From contig NC_007614.1 of assembly GCF_000196355.1 (NCBI RefSeq), positions 540,001 to 572,000 of the forward strand: 32,000 bases of DNA, read 5' to 3'. Numbering within the stretch: the stretch's first letter is position 1; each line of letters begins with the position of its first letter. This DNA comes from Nitrosospira multiformis ATCC 25196 (lineage in GTDB: Bacteria; Pseudomonadota; Gammaproteobacteria; Burkholderiales; Nitrosomonadaceae). The notes beneath the pieces are model-generated. The model had not been told where the DNA came from. It worked only from the letters and a program-made list of their open reading frames with translations, and ran no database searches. Made by a program: the position numbers and the translations under genes. This document shows, piece by piece, positions 22,360 to 32,000 of this stretch.

Positions 22360-22387
22360 CTTGACCGGGTATCAGGCGTCTGTATAA
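22360..22387 (+). promoter_or_regulatory. rrn promoter P2 (downstream copy)
   Basis: TTGACC (22360-22365), 16 bp, TATAAT (22382-22387); identical core to P1, offset 194 bp. Confidence 0.9.
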
Positions 22388-22436
22388 TGCCGCCTTCGCT
22401 AGCTGACATCGGTTACAAAGTTTGTCAGCCGGCATC

Positions 22437-22453
22437 GCTCTTTAAAAATTTAC
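22437..22453 (+). promoter_or_regulatory. boxA-like antitermination element in rrn leader
   Basis: CGCTCTTTAAAAATTTA resembles rrn boxA TGCTCTTTAACAATTTA. Confidence 0.75.
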
Positions 22454-22621
22454 AGCCGATAGGTGTGGGCACTTGAACGGGACATACGGCTGTTTCGTGT
22501 TTTAGCGAAACAGTCAGTTCCAGGAATCGAAGTGCTCGCACAACGTACCAAGATTCTGATCATCCCGGTCACTCGGGAGAAACAGAATCGAATAACGTCA
22601 AGCGAGAGTTTTACCAGTATT

Positions 22622-24160
<1,539 letters not shown>

Positions 24161-24281
24161 GAGAAATTCCTGTTTGAGTGCCCACAACCTATCGGTTGTT
24201 TAGAAAAGCAAGGCTAGGGGGCTAAGGAAATAGGCTTGAGAACCACAAAAGGCCCATCTCTTTGTTTCCAGGCTCTGTTCA

Positions 24282-24358
<77 letters not shown>

Positions 24359-24365
24359 ACTAAAA

Positions 24366-24441
24366 GGGGGTGTAGCTCAGATGGGAGAGCACCTGCTTTG
24401 CAAGCAGGGGGTCATCGGTTCGATCCCGTTCACCTCCACCA
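24366..24441 (+). tRNA. tRNA-Ala (anticodon TGC)
   Basis: 76 nt cloverleaf GGGGGTG TA GCTCAG... CCTGCTTTGCAAGCAGG ... CACCTCC-ACCA, in 16S-23S spacer. Confidence 0.98.
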
Positions 24442-24581
24442 ATCAGAAAAGCAATTACCTAATTAGAAACCAGAAGTAAACGGAAAGGTTTACTTCTGGT
24501 TTTTAACCAGCGGCTGTATTTCGGGAGCGTTCAGGTTTTCAGATTGTTTTATTCACCTCTGAATTCCTTGTATTCGGTTCC

Positions 24582-24601
24582 TGACGTTCTTTAACAATCT
24601 G
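24582..24601 (+). promoter_or_regulatory. boxA-like element upstream of 23S rRNA
   Basis: GTTCTTTAACAATCTGGAAG in the 16S-23S spacer matches the conserved spacer boxA. Confidence 0.65.
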
Positions 24602-24811
24602 GAAGAAGTAAATATTCCGTATCAACGGATACGTTGCCTTAGAGGCCACGTTTTCCCGAGAAACGGAATAATGGGTTAGATTGTATCGACGTATCGCATT
24701 TTTAGTCGGATGCGATGCGAAGCAAACACCTGTAACCACCGGTTTGGAAGATGAAGAGGAGTCGGTTTTTTGCTGACATCCGCTTAGGCTTCTAAAGCCC
24801 TTAAGGTTATA

Positions 24812-27702
<2,891 letters not shown>

Positions 27703-27825
27703 ATAACCTTAAGCAAGGACAAGGTGTTTATCAGATACAATCATTCCCATTTACTTCTTCAAGATTGCGGTTTTCGATAAAAGCCAGGGTTGCTCATTGC
27801 TTTTTTCGGATGCCACTAAAAGTTA

Positions 27826-27942
27826 CGCTTGGTGGTCATAGCACTTTGGACCCACCCCTTCCCATCCCGAACAGGGTCGTGAAACGAAGTCGCGCCGATG
27901 ATAGTGTGTTTTCACATGCGAAAGTAGGTCACTGCCAGGCAC
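27826..27942 (+). rRNA. rrf: 5S ribosomal RNA
   Basis: GCTTGGTGGTCATAGCACTTTGGACCCACCC...CCGATGATAGTGTG...CATGCGAAAGTAGGTCACTGCCAGGC; ends approximate. Confidence 0.95.
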
Positions 27943-27952
27943 CTTATAGAAA

Positions 27953-27987
27953 AAACCCCGATTCTTACGAGAGTCGGGGTTTTTTTA
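27953..27987 (+). terminator. rrn operon terminator
   Basis: AAAACCCCGATTCTTACGAGAGTCGGGGTTTTTTTA: strong stem with T tract just after 5S. Confidence 0.93.
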
Positions 27988-28083
27988 TTGATACGTCGGA
28001 ATCAGCTTATTCTTGCATGTGCAGTTTCCACGATCGAATTTCAGCTCAGATGACAAGAAAATCATCAGGCAATGAAATCATCA

Positions 28084-28196
28084 TGAAACTACAGCGATTT
28101 TTATTCCCCCGATTTTTATCCCTGTTACTGGCGCTGGTGATCAGCTTCACAACTTTTTCAAGAGCCATAGGGAGTACGGAATGGAGAGGGTTCTGA
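28084..28196 (+). CDS. Possible 37-aa hydrophobic small protein
   Basis: ATG-initiated MKLQRFLFPRFLSLLLALVISFTTFSRAIGSTEWRGF: basic N-terminus then hydrophobic core, signal/TM-like. No homology evidence. Confidence 0.25.
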
Positions 28197-28322
28197 AGAT
28201 TGTCGAGTAGCCGGCGTGGATTGCGGCTATCCTCATGCGGCTTCCGCACGGACTGCCGTTCCCCTCTTGTTCCAGGAAACGGTATCAATACCGCCAAGTC
28301 CGTAGCCTGATAAGTCAGGCTG

Positions 28323-29405
28323 CTAGTGTATCTGCGCCGGAAAGAGATCGAAACGGGAAGGTTTGATGAAAACCTGATCGCCTCGCGTCAGTTGCAGTTC
28401 CCGAAAGCGCTCCCTGCTGATTTCGACTTCGATCAATTCCTTGTCTTTGCCGTCATCGCGCACCAGCTGGAGGCGAACTACCGGGCCCACTGAGAGGATA
28501 TGGGACACATGCGCGGCAATTGCTCCCTCCCCATTCAAGGCATGGTCCACCTTATCCACATGGATGTCATGCGGACGCACGTAGGCCACTCCCGAGAGCT
28601 CTTCGGCCTCGGTATGCTCCGGCGCATCGATTTCGATTCCCCCTATCCAGGCGCGACCGCGATGGAGCCGTCCATGGAAAAGATTCACCTTGCCCAGGAA
28701 TTTGTACACGAACGGGCTTGCGGGGTGCTCGTATACCTCATCAGGCGTACCGATCTGCTCGATGCGACCCTCGTTCATGACTACGACCCGATCCGCGACC
28801 TCCAAGGCCTCTTCCTGGTCATGGGTGACGAAAACACTGGTAATGTGCATCTCATCGTGAAGTCTTCTAAGCCATGAACGCAGTTCCTTGCGCACTTTGG
28901 CATCCAGCGCCCCGAATGGTTCGTCGAGCAGCAGAACCTTGGGTTCCACAGCCAATGCTCGTGCCAGGGCGATTCTCTGGCGTTGCCCTCCCGAGAGTTG
29001 ATGCGGGTAGCGGTCTGCCAGCCAGTCCAGTTGCACCAGTTTTAGTAACTCATGTACGCGTTGCTGAATCTCTGCTGTGGAAGGGCGGAATTTTTTCGGA
29101 CGTACACGGAGACCGAAGGCTACGTTTTCGAAAATGGTCATGTTCCGGAACAGGGCGTAGTGCTGGAATACAAAGCCCACCTGGCGCTCACGGACGTGCT
29201 GATCCGTTGCGTCTTCGCCCTGAAACAGCACTTGGCCGGTATCCGCTGCTTCCAGTCCCGCAATGACACGCAGCAGGGTTGTTTTCCCTGATCCTGAAGG
29301 GCCGAGCAGCGCGAGCAGTTCACCGGACTTTACTTCCAGGCTGACGTCGCGTAGCGCGGAAAACGTGCCGAATTGTTTGGAAAGGTTACGAATTTCTATG
29401 CTCAT
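28323..29405 (-). CDS. cysA: Sulfate/thiosulfate ABC transporter ATP-binding protein
   Basis: 360 aa; Walker [10 protein letters not shown], signature [16 protein letters not shown], Walker [16 protein letters not shown]; [12 protein letters not shown]-terminal region typical of CysA. Confidence 0.95.
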   Translation of the reverse strand: MSIEIRNLSKQFGTFSALRDVSLEVKSGELLALLGPSGSGKTTLLRVIAGLEAADTGQVLFQGEDATDQHVRERQVGFVFQHYALFRNMTIFENVAFGLRVRPKKFRPSTAEIQQRVHELLKLVQLDWLADRYPHQLSGGQRQRIALARALAVEPKVLLLDEPFGALDAKVRKELRSWLRRLHDEMHITSVFVTHDQEEALEVADRVVVMNEGRIEQIGTPDEVYEHPASPFVYKFLGKVNLFHGRLHRGRAWIGGIEIDAPEHTEAEELSGVAYVRPHDIHVDKVDHALNGEGAIAAHVSHILSVGPVVRLQLVRDDGKDKELIEVEISRERFRELQLTRGDQVFIKPSRFDLFPAQIH

Positions 29406-30283
29406 TCTTGTATTCCTGCGGTTTCCGGTTTTTCCCGGGTTTTTGATTCAATGATAGTCTTCAATGCCAATGTGACCAGTGCGAGCAGGGCGAGCAGCGA
29501 CGCCACGGCAAAGGCGGCCGCGAAGTTATATTCGTTATAAAGAATCTCGACATGCAGCGGCAAGGTATTGGTGCTCCCGCGGATATGCCCGGATACCACC
29601 GATACTGCACCAAACTCTCCCATTGCCCGCGCATTGCAAAGGATGACGCCGTAAAGCAGGCCCCATTTAATATTGGGAAGCGTTACACGGAAGAATATCT
29701 GCCAGCCGTTCGCCCCGAGTACAACGGCCGCTTCTTCCTCTTCGGCTCCTTGGGATTGCATCAGGGGAATCAGTTCGCGTGCGATAAAGGGAACCGTGAC
29801 GAATATGGTCGCCAGCACAATACCGGGCACCGCAAAGATAATCTTGATGTCGTGTTCCGCCAGCCACGGGCCCAGCCAACCCTGCAAGCCGAAAATAAGC
29901 ACATAGATGAGCCCGGACACGACAGGTGAGACCGAAAAGGGCAAATCGATGAGCGTGACCAGGAGGTTTTTGCCGCGGAACTCAAACTTGGCAACTGCCC
30001 ATGCTGCCGCTATGCCGAATACCAGATTAAGCGGAACTGCAATGGCGGCTGCGGTCAGGGTAAGCTGAATGGCGGACACCGCATCCGGCTCGGTAATTGC
30101 GGCAATGTAAACATCCCAGCCTTTCTTGAGCGCTTCGTAGAAAACCGATATCAGGGGTACGAAGAGAAAGAGTGTAAGAAAGGCCAGCGCAAGCCCGATC
30201 AGGGACCGCCGCACCCACGCGGATTCCTCGACGGGCCGCACCCGGCCTGAAGGGACGGGCAACGGAAGAGCAATAGCAGTCAT
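29402..30283 (-). CDS. cysW: Sulfate ABC transporter permease CysW
   Basis: Multi-TM permease; [50 protein letters not shown]; overlaps cysA by 4 bp. Confidence 0.95.
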   Translation of the reverse strand: MTAIALPLPVPSGRVRPVEESAWVRRSLIGLALAFLTLFLFVPLISVFYEALKKGWDVYIAAITEPDAVSAIQLTLTAAAIAVPLNLVFGIAAAWAVAKFEFRGKNLLVTLIDLPFSVSPVVSGLIYVLIFGLQGWLGPWLAEHDIKIIFAVPGIVLATIFVTVPFIARELIPLMQSQGAEEEEAAVVLGANGWQIFFRVTLPNIKWGLLYGVILCNARAMGEFGAVSVVSGHIRGSTNTLPLHVEILYNEYNFAAAFAVASLLALLALVTLALKTIIESKTREKPETAGIQE

Positions 30284-30299
30284 CAGGATATCCTCATGC

Positions 30300-31136
30300 T
30301 CATACTGTCGATGAACTCCGGCTGCGACTCCACCATTGCAGCAGGTTAATGATCAGGAGCAACACGAAAGAAATCACGAGCATGACCACGGCGAGCGCCG
30401 TAGCGCCTGCATAGTCGTACTGCTCGAGCTTGGTAATGATCAGGAGCGGCGTGATTTCGGAAATCATCGGCATGTTGCCCGCAATAAAAATAACGGACCC
30501 GTATTCCCCGATCGCACGGGCAAAGGCAAGCGCAAAGCCGGTTATCAATGCCGGAAAAATCGCGGGAAAAATGATTCGCAGGAATGTGTGCAAGCGGGTC
30601 GCGCCGAGCGTAGCTGCTGCTTCTTCCAGTTCAGGTTCGAGGTCTTCCAGCACAGGTTGCACCGTTCGCACTACAAATGGCAATCCGATAAACGTCAGCG
30701 CCACGAAGACCCCTGCTGGCGTAAAGGCAACCTTGAGGCCAACCGGCTCCAGATACTGGCCGAACCACCCGTTCCCCGCATAGAGCGCTGTCAGGGCAAT
30801 ACCGGCTACCGCGGTGGGCAGGGCAAATGGAAGGTCTACCAGCGCATCGATCAGCTTCTTTCCTGGAAAGTGGTAACGCACCAGCACCCACGCAACCAGG
30901 AGCCCGAATATCGCATTGAGCAGCGCCGCTGCGAATGAGGCCCCAAATGTCAACCGATAGGAAGCCAATACCCTTGGTGTCGTCACCACATCCCAGAATT
31001 CGGGCAAGGTGAGTTCTGCAGTGCGAACAAATGCTGCCGAGATTGGAATCAGAACAATCAGGCTCAGATAAAGCAACGTAAATCCAAGCGCCAGATTGAA
31101 TCCGGGCAGAACGCTGTGTTGCCTGAACGTGCCCAT
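30300..31136 (-). CDS. cysT: Sulfate ABC transporter permease CysT
   Basis: [36 protein letters not shown]...; [54 protein letters not shown] 31136 preferred over the long upstream ORF start (31301). Confidence 0.95.
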   Translation of the reverse strand: MGTFRQHSVLPGFNLALGFTLLYLSLIVLIPISAAFVRTAELTLPEFWDVVTTPRVLASYRLTFGASFAAALLNAIFGLLVAWVLVRYHFPGKKLIDALVDLPFALPTAVAGIALTALYAGNGWFGQYLEPVGLKVAFTPAGVFVALTFIGLPFVVRTVQPVLEDLEPELEEAAATLGATRLHTFLRIIFPAIFPALITGFALAFARAIGEYGSVIFIAGNMPMISEITPLLIITKLEQYDYAGATALAVVMLVISFVLLLIINLLQWWSRSRSSSTV

Positions 31137-31137
31137 T

Positions 31138-31998
31138 TCAGATTCTCGCCGCGTCGATATAGTGCTGCAGCGTCCGGATGCGCCGGGAGGAAGCCTCTGC
31201 GCTTCGGTACTCTGTCGTTGCAGCAGGTATGAACAAGTCAAACTCAATCGCCTGCGCTGGTATGCCGAGAAAGCGCCCCTGGAGAAGATCGGCACCGGCA
31301 CGAACAGCCCCTGTCAATTGTCGCGCTGTTTCGATCTCACGGAACAAAACCTGCGCGCCAAAGCGATGAATGACATCCACCAGCGGCCCTGCGTCTCCCA
31401 GCCTTTGAAGAACGGAGGCCTCCAACCGCACTACGTCCGGATACAGCGGATACAGGCTGGCAAGTTCCGCTACCCAATCGTCGCCGGCATCGTTGTGATT
31501 GATGGCTATGCGATAGCCGTGCGAGCGGTAATTGCTGATTACGTGTTTGAGCAGCTTCCAGTTGCGATTCACCTCAGCCGGAATTTCAATTACCACCCGG
31601 GAAGTCTCCACGCCGATGATATCGAGGATGCTTTTGAACGCTCGGCCATGGTCATCTTTAACGCTCTCCAGCAGGCGTGGCTGTACGGTGACGGAAAGAT
31701 TGCCCTCATGAGAGCGCCCGCTGAAGTAGTTAAGCACGTGCACTGCGCGGCACAACCGGTCAAAACGTACCAATGGAGCGTCTCCTTCCCCGAGAGACAG
31801 GACTTTCCAGGGTGATAAGGGATTTTCCTCACTCACGACAGAACGGATATAAGCTGCATGTCCTGCCACGCTGCGTGTTTTTGCATCGAATACTGGCTGA
31901 AATACGCTTGATAGCGAGCAGTTGAAAAAATGTCCCATGATGAAACCATTCTCCGCTCGAGTCACCGCATAATCGGTTGACTCCTGGATGCGCGCCAA
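31138..31998 (-). CDS. Degenerate EAL-domain protein; N-terminus uncertain, may extend past the window
   Basis: FQPVFDAKTRSVAGHAAYIR... VVIEIPAEVN ... YRIAINHNDAGDDW ... VVRLEAS ... LLQGRFLG resembles the EAL phosphodiesterase fold. The 31998 start is TTG; ATG 31938 is an alternative. Confidence 0.75.
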   Translation of the reverse strand: MARIQESTDYAVTRAENGFIMGHFFNCSLSSVFQPVFDAKTRSVAGHAAYIRSVVSEENPLSPWKVLSLGEGDAPLVRFDRLCRAVHVLNYFSGRSHEGNLSVTVQPRLLESVKDDHGRAFKSILDIIGVETSRVVIEIPAEVNRNWKLLKHVISNYRSHGYRIAINHNDAGDDWVAELASLYPLYPDVVRLEASVLQRLGDAGPLVDVIHRFGAQVLFREIETARQLTGAVRAGADLLQGRFLGIPAQAIEFDLFIPAATTEYRSAEASSRRIRTLQHYIDAARI

Positions 31999-32000
31999 TT

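Larger units (their letters stand above)
22010..22397 (+). repeat. Two-copy 194-bp-period tandem duplication of tyrS 3' end plus rrn core promoter
   Basis: Copy 1 begins GCATGATCGAGCAAGGTG at 22010, copy 2 at 22204; both end ...TTGACC-16bp-TATAATGCCGCCT. Hand alignment gives 14 substitutions and 2 single-base indels over about 193 columns. Confidence 0.97.

Noticed and set aside
28304-28321. Hairpin AGCCTGA-TAAG-TCAGGCT next to the cysA stop codon as a cysTWA terminator
   Set aside because: Stem is real but there is no T tract on the minus strand after it, so termination is not supported.

Overview
This is mostly an ordinary housekeeping region of a betaproteobacterium. The 16S/ITS sequence and gene order look like an ammonia oxidiser near Nitrosospira; that placement is inference and was not searched. 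Plus-strand order: ftsH-folP-glmM, an unaccompanied pstS-like gene, thrS-infC-rpmI-rplT-pheS-pheT-ihfA-merR-like, tRNA-Pro(GGG), surE-pcm-nlpD-rpoS, a group III truncated hemoglobin, a FadL/OmpP1-type porin (minus strand), sodB, tyrS, and a complete rrn operon (16S-tRNA-Ile-tRNA-Ala-23S-5S). On the minus strand, a degenerate EAL-domain gene is followed by cysT-cysW-cysA. I found no CRISPR array, transposon, phage or defence island. The best non-routine signals are: (1) a 194-bp tandem duplication of the tyrS 3' end plus the rrn promoter, giving two identical core rRNA promoters in series; (2) a degenerate EAL-like protein whose stop codon is 1 nt from the cysT start; (3) a probable AUA start codon for infC, upstream of the given ORF call; (4) mutually exclusive hairpins within a T-rich repeat downstream of ftsH; (5) structured leaders and gaps before thrS, in pheS-pheT and in infC-rpmI.
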